In this document: positions 44,862 through 54,547 of the stretch, piece after piece
Layout of the letters: each line of letters starts with the position of its first letter
Numbering within the stretch: position 1 is the stretch's first letter
Assembly (NCBI GenBank): GCA_965213535.1
Contig: OZ243888.1
Location: 1,105,876 to 1,169,875 of the forward strand
Length of the DNA: 64,000 nucleotides
Origin: Caldilineaceae bacterium
GTDB lineage: Bacteria; Chloroflexota; Anaerolineae; Caldilineales; Caldilineaceae
Direction of reading: 5' to 3'
The notes under the pieces: model-generated
Database searches by the model: none
Told to the model about the DNA's origin: nothing
Seen by the model: only the letters and a program-made list of their open reading frames with translations
Position numbers and translations under genes: made by a program

Positions 44862-45883
44862 GCGGCCACCTCCTCGACATTTTCGACAAAATCGGCGATG
44901 GTAACGGGCTGGCCCGTGCGTACGGATTCAATCGCGGCCAGCGAGACCTTGACGGCCATTAGCGCGTCGTGCGGCGACACGCGCAGCGGCTCACCGTTTT
45001 CCAGGCAGTGCAAAAAGTGGGCCAGCTCCGCGTAGTAAGGGTTGTCGACCGGCGCGGTGGGGCTGAACGCCTGCGCCACAAACGGCGGCTCCCCCGTTTC
45101 CGTCTGCAGCAGCGTGATCGCCGAGCGATCCATCGTATCCCACTCGACGAGCCCCGCCGTGCCCGCAATTTCGATGCGGTTGCGCCAGTGGCCCGGCGGG
45201 TGCGCCCAGCCGGTTTCGATGTGGCCGATGGCGCCGTTGGTGAAGCGCAGCGTGATCAGCGCGTGGTCGCGGCGCAGGTCGCCCGCAAAGGCACGCCCGT
45301 GGGCAAAGACGCGCTCCACCTCGCCACAGCACCAGCGCTGAAAGTCGATGTCGTGGATGGCCACATCCAGAATCGCACCGCCGCTGAGGGCGAAGTTGCT
45401 GTAGTAAGCGGCGTTGGGGAAGCTGCGTGGAAAGCTGCCCGCGCGAATCGTGCGGATCATGCGCGCGTCGCCAATCTGGCCGCTCTCGATCACCGCCTTG
45501 GCGCGCGCATACTGCGGGAAAAAGCGCACCACGTGGGCAACGAAGAGCGGCACGCCCGCCTGCGCCACGGCGTCGACAATCGCTTCGCAATCGGCCACGT
45601 GGCGGGCCAGCGGCTTTTCGCAGGCGATGGCCTTGCCCGCCGCCGCCGCCGCCAGCACGTTCGCGCGGTGCGCGTGGGCGGGCGTACAGATGTCGACAAT
45701 GTCGACGGCGTCGAAGAAGGCGTCCAGCGTGTTGAAGACCGTGCCGCCAAACTCCTGCTGGAAGTGCTCGGCTGCCCCCCGATCTAAATCAAAGTAGCCG
45801 ACCAGGTCGACCGGCAGCGCCTGCCAGCCCACGGCGTGCAGCCGCGCAATTGCGCCCGCGCCCAAAATGCCTACTCGCTTCAT
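44858..45883 (-). CDS. Gfo/Idh/MocA family oxidoreductase
   Basis: 341 aa. VGILGAGAIA Rossmann motif, CEKPLA. 4-nt overlap with the downstream paralogue. Confidence 0.85.
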   Translation of the reverse strand: MKRVGILGAGAIARLHAVGWQALPVDLVGYFDLDRGAAEHFQQEFGGTVFNTLDAFFDAVDIVDICTPAHAHRANVLAAAAAGKAIACEKPLARHVADCEAIVDAVAQAGVPLFVAHVVRFFPQYARAKAVIESGQIGDARMIRTIRAGSFPRSFPNAAYYSNFALSGGAILDVAIHDIDFQRWCCGEVERVFAHGRAFAGDLRRDHALITLRFTNGAIGHIETGWAHPPGHWRNRIEIAGTAGLVEWDTMDRSAITLLQTETGEPPFVAQAFSPTAPVDNPYYAELAHFLHCLENGEPLRVSPHDALMAVKVSLAAIESVRTGQPVTIADFVENVEEVAA

Positions 45884-46007
45884 GGGGCTCCTTACAGGTG
45901 TGGTAAAGAAAAAATGTTTAATAGAAATGAGAGGTAAGTATTTGATGCGTGAGGGTTTGTCGGCAATGAGCCGTGGTTTTTGATCACCAACCAGCGAAAA
46001 TTACAGT

Positions 46008-46077
46008 TCACGCATCACGCATCACGCATCACGCATCACGCATCACGCATCACGCATCACGCATCACGCATCACGCC
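46008..46077. repeat. Heptanucleotide tandem repeat (TCACGCA)x9 plus one TCACGCC
   Basis: Counted directly from the sequence. Lies between the MFS stop (46071-46073, inside the last unit) and the oxidoreductase start (45883). Confidence 0.95.
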
Positions 46078-47285
46078 GCGGACGCAACCGGCTTCGCCGC
46101 CCGCGTCCGCATGGCGAGAAAGCAGACGGCGCTGGCCGCGGCCAGCAGCGCACACAGCGCAAAGAGCGGGCCAAAGCCCAACCACTGGACGAGCGTGCCG
46201 CCCATCAACATGCCGACGAGCTGACCGCCGCTGCTGGCGACGAAGAACTCGCTGCTGGTGCGCCCGCGGCTGGAGCCGTCGCCCTGCTCGGCGGTAAAGG
46301 TCATCGCGGTGGCGGTGTAGCTGCCGTAGCTGACGCCGCGCACGATCTGCACGCCGAGCAGCGCGGGGAAAAGCTGCGCCACCGTCAAATAGCCCAGCAT
46401 CACCAGCGACCAGGTCGCGCCGCCCGCGGCCAGCAGCGCGGGACGACCAATCACATCCGAGAGCACGCCCGCGCCGACCATCGTCGGCATTTCGACGAGC
46501 GCCGCCACGGCCCAGAGGCTGCTGATGGCCGTGTTGCTGTAGCCAAGCGTGCCCATAAAGTTGGGCCACATCGAGGCCGATGCCGTGTGGCCCGCCATCC
46601 ACAGCACCACGCCCGCCGTAAAGAGCACGGGCAGCTGGCGCGCGCGCTTGCGTGCTGCAAGCGGAATTGCGGCCGGGGAGGCGACCCGCTGCCCAGTCGT
46701 GGGCTCTCGCCGCTCGCGCAGCCCCAGCGCCACCCCAGCCGCCAGCGCGTTGACGCCAGCGCTGGCGAGAAAGACCGCCCGCAGCGAGATCGCATCGGCG
46801 AGGCGGCCACCCCCCAGCGCGGCCCCGGCAAAGGCCAGCGAGCCGACCCCGCGAAAGAGCCCCATGCGTCGCCCGCTTTTGGTGGTTGCTCCCGCGCCAA
46901 CGTGGGTCGCCGCTTCTTGACGCGCCAGGGCGTCGCCGATCAGCGTCAGCCCCAGCGTTTGAAAGGCGGCGATGCCCAGCGCCTCCAGGGTGCGCACGAG
47001 CCAGGCCCAGCTGGAATCGCTCGCCCCGCTCAACAAAAGCTGGGCCATTACCAGCAGCAGCAGCCCCGCCACAAAGAAGGGCTTGCGCCGCCCGAAGCGG
47101 TCGGACAGGCGACCCCACGCGTGGTTGGCCAGCAGCACAATCGCCACGCTGCTCGTTAAAATCAGCGAGATGCGTCCATAGCTCGCGCCCAGCCACTCAA
47201 GATAGAGCGTGAGCAGCGGCGAGGTGAGGCCGAGGCTCGCGTAGAAGAGCGCATTGATGATGATGAGCAGCCGGTAATTGGTCAT
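46071..47285 (-). CDS. MFS transporter
   Basis: 404 aa, about 12 hydrophobic helices. GRLSDRFGRRKPF loop motif. Confidence 0.85.
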   Translation of the reverse strand: MTNYRLLIIINALFYASLGLTSPLLTLYLEWLGASYGRISLILTSSVAIVLLANHAWGRLSDRFGRRKPFFVAGLLLLVMAQLLLSGASDSSWAWLVRTLEALGIAAFQTLGLTLIGDALARQEAATHVGAGATTKSGRRMGLFRGVGSLAFAGAALGGGRLADAISLRAVFLASAGVNALAAGVALGLRERREPTTGQRVASPAAIPLAARKRARQLPVLFTAGVVLWMAGHTASASMWPNFMGTLGYSNTAISSLWAVAALVEMPTMVGAGVLSDVIGRPALLAAGGATWSLVMLGYLTVAQLFPALLGVQIVRGVSYGSYTATAMTFTAEQGDGSSRGRTSSEFFVASSGGQLVGMLMGGTLVQWLGFGPLFALCALLAAASAVCFLAMRTRAAKPVASAA

Positions 47286-47293
47286 GGCGAACG

Positions 47294-48097
47294 CTAGCGC
47301 AGCGTCTCATCGAGGAAGGCCACGAATTCGGCCCAGGCCGCGCCCTGCTCCGGGTCGGTCTGAATTGTCTGCGCGTTCTCGACAAAGCCGTGCCCTTCGT
47401 TGGGGTAGAGAGTCACTTGGTTGGGTACGTCAGCAGCGGCCAGTGCATTCTCAAATGTGGCGACTTCCTCCGGCGAGGGCATCGTGTCCTCCTCGCCAAA
47501 GATGCCGAGCACGGGCGCTGTCAGCGCCTCCAGCACGGCGGGATCGTCGATCAGCGAGCCGTAGAAGACGGCGGTCGCGGCGAGGCCGGGATTGGTGAGG
47601 CTGTAGCGCAGCGCCTTGCCGCCGCCGTAGCAAAAGCCCTGCACGGCAATGCGATCGCGATCGACATCAAAATCGGTCTGCCCGGCCAGCCAGTTGAAAA
47701 CAACGTCCAAATCCTCGTTCACGCGCTCGGTCGGCGTGGTGATGGTGAGGTAGAGCGAGCGCGGAAACCAGCGGCTCACCGCCCCGCGGTAGGTGTCCGG
47801 CGCGACCACGACGTAACCTTCCGCCGCCAGCAGATCGGCCTTGCTGTTGACATCTTCGGACATGCCGCGAAAATCGTGGATCATGATGACGGCGGGATGT
47901 GGGCCGTCGCCTTCGGGGCGGGCGATGTAGACGCTTACCGGCTCGCCGTCATCGCTACTAAAGATGATCGAGTTCGTTAGCTCGCCAACGCGCCCGCCGT
48001 CGATCAGATCGTCAAACAGAATGGAGCCGACGAGCAGCAACAGCAGCGCCCCCGCCCCCGCCACCAGCCAGAGCACCAGCCGCAAAAGAAACCGCAA
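47294..48097 (-). CDS. Dienelactone hydrolase family protein with N-terminal membrane anchor
   Basis: VQGFCYGGG nucleophile motif and C-terminal GHGF His. One TM helix at the N-terminus. Confidence 0.82.
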   Translation of the reverse strand: MRFLLRLVLWLVAGAGALLLLLVGSILFDDLIDGGRVGELTNSIIFSSDDGEPVSVYIARPEGDGPHPAVIMIHDFRGMSEDVNSKADLLAAEGYVVVAPDTYRGAVSRWFPRSLYLTITTPTERVNEDLDVVFNWLAGQTDFDVDRDRIAVQGFCYGGGKALRYSLTNPGLAATAVFYGSLIDDPAVLEALTAPVLGIFGEEDTMPSPEEVATFENALAAADVPNQVTLYPNEGHGFVENAQTIQTDPEQGAAWAEFVAFLDETLR

Positions 48098-48198
48098 AGT
48101 GATTTTCGCTTCCTAGAAATTGAGTTAAAGTGAGGTCAGATTGAGAGCGGGAGTTTGCACCGTCCCTTCTGCACAGCCAAGCGCTTGACCCCACCCCA

Positions 48199-48273
48199 GC
48201 CCTCCCCATCATGGGGAGGGAGCCGATCCGTCGTTTGTCCAGTCGTGGCTCCTCCCCCAGGATGGGGGAAGGT
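48199..48273. repeat. CCC..GGG short hairpin pair (CCCCAGGATGGGG family)
   Basis: CCCTCCCCATCATGGGGAGGG and CTCCTCCCCCAGGATGGGGGAAGG. Related copies lie at 54336-54397. Confidence 0.5.
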
Positions 48274-48448
48274 GAAACGCCGGTTTTTCTCGTCTACTTG
48301 GGCCTAGCCGGAATTCTTGTTCCCATCTTGACTTTACTTTAGATGGGGAATTGTCGCACACAACGCCAATTGTCAGAAAAACAGGGCCAGCGCCGTCGCG
48401 CTGACCCTGTTCGTCAAACCCGTGATCTCACCGACATTCTACGCTCGG

Positions 48449-50236
48449 CTACTGCACGGGCGCCAGCTCCCCGCGCAGCATCAGCACAATCGAGAAGGGG
48501 TCGGCGTATGTGCCGTTGAGGTAGACGTCATCGCCGTCGGCGGGCCAGCCGGTGACGCGCAAGCCCTCGACCGCCGGGTTGTTACCGTAACGCTCCCAGA
48601 GCGGAATCTGCGGCAACTGCTCGTTGTAGAGCAGCGCCAGTTCGTTGATCAACGCGGCCTGCGCCTCGCGGTCGGAGCCCTGGCCGCTGTCGATGATCAT
48701 CTCCCCAATGTCCATGCCGTCCTGCTCCAGCGGGAAGTTCATGCCGGGGCCCGCATCGGTGACATCCACGTCGCCACCGCTGTAGTTGTAGGTGTTGAAG
48801 TCGACATCGTAGGCAAAGTGCGGATGCGGATTGCCCGCGCCCCAGTCCCGAATCGCCAACTCGAAATTGCCTTGGCGCACGAGCGCCGGGTGCTCGCTAA
48901 AGGTCACGCCGCGGAAGGTCGTCTCGATGCCGAAATCGGTGAGCTGCTGCGCCAGATTTTCGGCGGCGGCGGACCAGTCCGCAAACTCCGAGGGCGCGGT
49001 TAGCTCGAAGCTGAGACGGTTGCCCTGGTCGTCGATCCAGATGCTGTCATCGCCCTTGGTAAAGCCCAAATCTTCCAGCATCGTCGTCGCTTGGTCTCGG
49101 TTAAATTCGTAGGCGTTGAGCTCGCTCAGCGTCTCGTCCGTCAGCCACAGCGAGGTCAAATTGTCCGAAAAGCCGGTGATATTCTGCATGGCCACGCCCG
49201 ATTCGGACATGGAGACAACGCCGTTCTCGGCGCGGTCGATGGCGTAGGCGACGGCCTGGCGGAATTCGGGCACGTTAAAGGGGTAGATGTCGTGGTTGAA
49301 GTAGAGCGCTGGCCCGTTGTAGTTGGGGCCGCGAATCACGCGAATGTCCTCGGTCTGGAACTGCTGGTCGGTGGCGGGCGGGAAGCCGTGAGTGGCGTAG
49401 TCCGCTTCCTTGGAGAGCATGAGCGGCGTGGCGTCGGGTGTTTCGCCGTTGAAGATCAGCAGCCGATCAAAGTTCGTGCGGTCGGCCAGGAAGGAAGTCT
49501 CGTTCTTGGGCAGCGTGATCTGCGATTCGGTGATGCTGTCCACGTCCATCACATACGGCCCCAGCGAGACAATGCCGTCGGGGCGGAATTCGTTGAGCGT
49601 TTGCAGCAGCGTCTGCCACTCGGCGGATTCGCTGTCGGCCCCGCTAGCGACCAGATCGGCCACCTGGCTGGCAATTTCACCGTAGACGGACGACGCACGA
49701 ATATTCGTCTCGCGGAAGATGCGGCGCAGCACGGTGTTGGAGGGCTCGCTGAGCAGAAAGTCAACGGTGTGATCGTCGACGGCGACCACGTCCTCCAGGA
49801 ATTCCCAGACGGTGATGCCCTGTAAGCGCTGGATGTAGAAGGTGTCGACCACGTCCTGTGCGGTGTAGTCGCTACCGTCGCTCCAAACGGCCCCCTGCGG
49901 CAGCGTCACGCGCACGGTGGTGTCGTCCGCCCACTCCCAGGATTCGCCAGCCACGGGCATCCAATCGTCCTCGGCCCAGAGGTAGAAGAACAAGGGCGGC
50001 TCCATCAGGTGGTGGTAGATACCGAGCTCAATGCGGTTGGTGCTGACAAAGGTGTTGAAGTGGCCAGCGGGCGGCACAACATAGGGCCAAATGCCGCGGA
50101 ATTCCGCCTCGCCCGCGGCGACTTCGCTGCTGTCCGTTGCCGCGCCTTCTTCGGCGGGTGTAACGGCGGGCGCGGCACAGGCGGCCACGGCCATCGTCAG
50201 CACAAGCAGGACGGCTAACCAGATGCGTTTGTTCAT
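48449..50236 (-). CDS. ABC transporter substrate-binding protein, family 5 (peptide/nickel type)
   Basis: 595 aa. Lipoprotein-like signal LTMAVAAC and an SBP_bac_5-like pattern. Lies downstream in the opp-like operon. Confidence 0.85.
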   Translation of the reverse strand: MNKRIWLAVLLVLTMAVAACAAPAVTPAEEGAATDSSEVAAGEAEFRGIWPYVVPPAGHFNTFVSTNRIELGIYHHLMEPPLFFYLWAEDDWMPVAGESWEWADDTTVRVTLPQGAVWSDGSDYTAQDVVDTFYIQRLQGITVWEFLEDVVAVDDHTVDFLLSEPSNTVLRRIFRETNIRASSVYGEIASQVADLVASGADSESAEWQTLLQTLNEFRPDGIVSLGPYVMDVDSITESQITLPKNETSFLADRTNFDRLLIFNGETPDATPLMLSKEADYATHGFPPATDQQFQTEDIRVIRGPNYNGPALYFNHDIYPFNVPEFRQAVAYAIDRAENGVVSMSESGVAMQNITGFSDNLTSLWLTDETLSELNAYEFNRDQATTMLEDLGFTKGDDSIWIDDQGNRLSFELTAPSEFADWSAAAENLAQQLTDFGIETTFRGVTFSEHPALVRQGNFELAIRDWGAGNPHPHFAYDVDFNTYNYSGGDVDVTDAGPGMNFPLEQDGMDIGEMIIDSGQGSDREAQAALINELALLYNEQLPQIPLWERYGNNPAVEGLRVTGWPADGDDVYLNGTYADPFSIVLMLRGELAPVQ

Positions 50237-50316
50237 GGGGTTGCTCCTTTGAAAGAATGAAAAAGTTGGGTTGGTTGAGTTGAACTGGTATTGGTTAAGC
50301 TGATGATTTTGGAAAA

Positions 50317-50378
50317 GTGACGGTCACGGCCCAGACGTTGGTCGATTTGTGTGCCGCTTCTTGGGCCGTGACCGTCAC
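50317..50378. repeat. GTGACGGTCAC-family hairpin
   Basis: GTGACGGTCACGGCCCAG ... TTGGGCCGTGACCGTCAC (17 of 18 pairs). A half-copy lies at 50455-50474. Confidence 0.65.
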
Positions 50379-50536
50379 CTTGACTGGCTTGGCCGCGCGG
50401 TGACTCTCTTGGCAGGCCAGAAAAGCGTGTCGATAACGAGCGTTGACAGTCAAAGTGACCGTCACTGTCCCAGGCTGTAAAATTTGCCCCGTCGCGGTTG
50501 GACAGTGGCTGTTACTTTTCTTCTCCGCGCCACACC

Positions 50537-50725
50537 TCAGCGCCGCCGCTGGCTCCACTTCACCCACAGCGCGACCGATCCCGTAAACAGCAGGCCGACC
50601 ACAAACATAAAGGCCATCAGCACAAACTCCGCCGTGTCGCGGTCGAGCACCAGCAGCAGGAGGCCGGAGGTAAGCAGGATGAAGGCGCCGATGCGAAAGC
50701 CAGCTTGGCCGAGGGTGGGGTGCAT
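50537..50725 (-). CDS. Possible small two-helix membrane protein
   Basis: 62-aa ORF with two hydrophobic segments, flanked by hairpin repeats. No other support. Confidence 0.25.
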   Translation of the reverse strand: MHPTLGQAGFRIGAFILLTSGLLLLVLDRDTAEFVLMAFMFVVGLLFTGSVALWVKWSQRRR

Positions 50726-50742
50726 AAAATAACTTTGATCCC

Positions 50743-50805
50743 GGTGACAATCACTGCCCGGACGTTGGTGGGCAGATTGCGTTTCGGTGGGCAGTGACGG
50801 TCACC
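50743..50805. repeat. GTGACGGTCAC-family hairpin
   Basis: GGTGACAATCACTGCCCGGACGTTGGT ... GGGCAGTGACGGTCACC. The loop start (GACGTTGGT) is shared with the 50317 copy. Confidence 0.65.
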
Positions 50806-51803
50806 TACCCCACAATCAACTCCACCGACTCGTCCTTGCGCGGCGGGCAGGCGACGTGCCCACCCGCGGCAATCGCCTCCAGCGGCGGCACATCAACATC
50901 GCACTGGCCGGGCACGCAGTAGGGACAGCGCGGGTGGAAGGAACAGCCTGTCGGCAGGTTGAGCAGGCTAGGAATTTCCGCGCCGCGCAGCTCGACTTGC
51001 CGCTTGCGGCGCGCAATTTCCGGATCGGCTTCGGGCACGGCGGCTAGCAGCGCCTGCGTATACGGATGGCGCGCATCGGTGATGAGGCGCGACGTTGGCC
51101 CTTCCTCCGCAATGCTGCCCAGATACATGACGGCGATGCGCCCCTGCCAGGCAAAATACTTGGCCAGCGCCAGATCGTGGGTGATAAAGAGAAAGGTAAC
51201 GTCAAACTCGTTCTGCAGCCGCGAAAGCATGTTGAGCAGGCTGACGCGGATCGAGACGTCCACCATCGAGACGGCCTCATCCGCCACGATAAAGCGCGGC
51301 TCGACCGTGAGCGCCCTGGCGACGGAGACGCGCTGGCGTTGGCCGCCGCTGAGCTGGTGGGGAAATTTGTCCAGAAAATCGCGCGCAGGCGTCAGGTCGA
51401 CGATCTCCAGCAGCTCAACGGCACGCGCTTCAGCCGCACGTCGCCCGCGCGCCTTTTTGTGTCGCAGCAGCGGCGTGACCACAATTTGGCGCACGGTCTG
51501 CGTCGGATTGAGCGAGGCGTAGGGGTCCTGGTGAACGATCTGCACGTTGAGCCGATAGTCGCGGTATTCGTCCGCGCTCATCTGGGTGATGTCTCTCCCC
51601 TCGTAGAGCACCTCGCCCGCCGTCGGCGGCAGCAGCCCGGCGACCATGCGCCCGGTCGTGCTCTTGCCGCAGCCGCTCTCGCCCACGAGGCAGAGAATAT
51701 CGCCGCGATCGACGTGCAGCGAAATCGAATCGACGGCGGTAACTTCCGCCTCGCCGCTGCCAAAATTTTTGGTAATGTTGCGCAGTTCGATCAGTGGAGC
51801 CAT
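50805..51803 (-). CDS. Oligopeptide/dipeptide ABC transporter ATP-binding protein (OppF-like)
   Basis: GESGCGKST Walker A, LSGGQRQR signature, and a C-terminal oligopeptide-type extension with Cys residues. Confidence 0.9.
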   Translation of the reverse strand: MAPLIELRNITKNFGSGEAEVTAVDSISLHVDRGDILCLVGESGCGKSTTGRMVAGLLPPTAGEVLYEGRDITQMSADEYRDYRLNVQIVHQDPYASLNPTQTVRQIVVTPLLRHKKARGRRAAEARAVELLEIVDLTPARDFLDKFPHQLSGGQRQRVSVARALTVEPRFIVADEAVSMVDVSIRVSLLNMLSRLQNEFDVTFLFITHDLALAKYFAWQGRIAVMYLGSIAEEGPTSRLITDARHPYTQALLAAVPEADPEIARRKRQVELRGAEIPSLLNLPTGCSFHPRCPYCVPGQCDVDVPPLEAIAAGGHVACPPRKDESVELIVG

Positions 51804-52010
51804 GGGTTGGATCGGTGTCGGTTATGTCGTAGGTACGTCTATCAAGAAACGCTCTGTGGTCGCGCAGGTCAAGGAGCCGTCAAATTTTGTCATGCTCGCG
51901 AACGTGGAAATCCAGGCGACCAACAAATGGATTCCCGCCTCCGCGGGAATGACAAGACTATCTGGCCTACGGTTTGACTGTCTTTGACAGGAAGGCACGA
52001 AAAAGTTCGT

Positions 52011-53108
<1,098 letters not shown>

Positions 53109-53197
53109 GGTGATGTAGATCGTTTACCCAGCCTCGCTTCGAGTTCGGTGGTCATTTGGGCAAGACGAAGATTGCCACATAGAGGGGCAAAGGTGAC

Positions 53198-54073
53198 CTA
53201 CGCGTCGGCGCGCAGGCGCGGGTTGAAAATCAGCTCAAGCGAGCGCGTCATGGTGATGATGGCGAGCTGGAGCAGCACAATCGCCAGCACGGGCATCATG
53301 ATCGTCCAAATGCTCTGTGGATTGAAGTGGGCGCCGCGGCTGTAGGCGAGGCTGAGCATCACGCCCCAGTTGCTGCCGGAGAAGGGCACGACGCCAAAGA
53401 GCACCAGCGCCACCTGGAGGTAAATTGCCGCCGTCATCGCCAGGGCGAAGCTGACGATGATGTAGGTCATCATGTTGGGCACGATTTCGCGGAAGACGAT
53501 GTGCCACGTGCCCAGATCGAGCGAGCGGGCGGCCTCGACAAAGTCGCGCTCTTTGAGCGAGAGGGCCTGCGAGCGCACGGCGCGCAGCAGCGCGGGCCAG
53601 CCCAGCAGCCCCAGCAGCACGCCCAGCAGCGAGATATCGTCCAGCTTGATCACCGAGGCCAGCACCAGCAGCAGCGGCAGCCCCGGAATCGTCAGGAAAA
53701 TGTCCGTGATCGCGGTGACGACGCCGTCGATCCAGCCGCCGCGAAAGCCCGCCAGCGTCCCAAAGCTAACGGCGATAATCGTGCTCAACGCACCCGCAAT
53801 CAGCGCCACCTCGATCACGTCGCGCCCGCCGTGGATAATTTGCGAGAAGATGTCGCGCCCCTGGTGGTCCGTGCCAAACCAGAATTCAGCGGTCGGCGAT
53901 TGGAAAATTTTATCCACTTTGGTCGTGCGGTCAAGCTCGATAAAGTGCGGCCCCACGTACGAAATCAGCACCATGGCCACCACGACCAAAAAGCCCGCGA
54001 AGCCGACGCGGTTGAAGGCCATGATGCGCAGCGTTTTGCCTAGCGCGGTGAAGGATTGGGTGACGAAGTCCAT
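53198..54073 (-). CDS. ABC transporter permease (OppC-like)
   Basis: 291 aa, six hydrophobic helices, EAA-like loop (..FVEAARSLDLG..). Confidence 0.87.
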   Translation of the reverse strand: MDFVTQSFTALGKTLRIMAFNRVGFAGFLVVVAMVLISYVGPHFIELDRTTKVDKIFQSPTAEFWFGTDHQGRDIFSQIIHGGRDVIEVALIAGALSTIIAVSFGTLAGFRGGWIDGVVTAITDIFLTIPGLPLLLVLASVIKLDDISLLGVLLGLLGWPALLRAVRSQALSLKERDFVEAARSLDLGTWHIVFREIVPNMMTYIIVSFALAMTAAIYLQVALVLFGVVPFSGSNWGVMLSLAYSRGAHFNPQSIWTIMMPVLAIVLLQLAIITMTRSLELIFNPRLRADA

Positions 54074-54156
54074 GGTAGGTTACGACTCAGCTCAGCCTTT
54101 AGATTTCTGGATATGGATGACGCGGATAAAGACGGATTTTTAGAATTACGCTTAGG

Positions 54157-54266
54157 AATACAACGAGACTTCGAGAAATTGAGCAAATTAACGCGGAGGC
54201 GCAGAGGCGCAAAGCGTTGTTCGTCAACGGTATTTTCTCCGCGTCCCCGCGTTAAAGTCTCGTTGT
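54157..54266. mobile_element. MITE-like element with ends resembling the IS701-like TIRs, enclosing a GCGCAAAGG-type hairpin
   Basis: ATACAACGAGACTT (54157-54170) / AAGTCTCGTTGT (54255-54266); compare TACAACGAGACTTT at 37514. Flanks are CGCTTAGG / CGCGTTAGG. Confidence 0.5.
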
Positions 54267-54335
54267 CGCGTTAGGTTCCGTTGACATTTCGCTGATGGCC
54301 CAAATTTGGGTGGTGTGGAGCGCCCCCGTCCCTAA

Positions 54336-54397
54336 CCCTTCCCCCACGCGTGGGGAAAAGGGGCTTGAAACTCCCCTTTCCCAGGATGGGAGAGGGG
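54336..54397. repeat. CCC..GGG short hairpin pair
   Basis: CCCTTCCCCCACGCGTGGGGAAAAGGG and CTCCCCTTTCCCAGGATGGGAGAGGGG. Confidence 0.5.
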
Positions 54398-54547
54398 CCG
54401 GGGGTGAGGGCCAATTCCCAAATGTCAACGGTCCCAAATGTCAACGGAAAGGGCTTTCCACCGAATCTAATTGAAATCCGTGTGCATAGCCCGTGTTTAT
54501 CCGTGTCCGCTATCTTCTTCGAGTTCCGGCGAGAAGCAGTTGGATGC

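Noticed and set aside
46057-47196. 379-aa alternative-frame ORF overlapping the MFS gene, and the 45973-46297 plus-strand ORFs with HASRITH repeats.
   Set aside because: The MFS frame shows regular hydrophobic helices, whereas the alternative frame is Arg/Gly/Ala-rich. The HASRITH peptides are simply the translated 7-bp tandem repeat.
50295-50750. 151-aa minus-strand ORF in the SBP-ATPase spacer.
   Set aside because: It runs through the GTGACGGTCAC hairpin repeats and gives repetitive VTVT peptides. It has no start context or motif.
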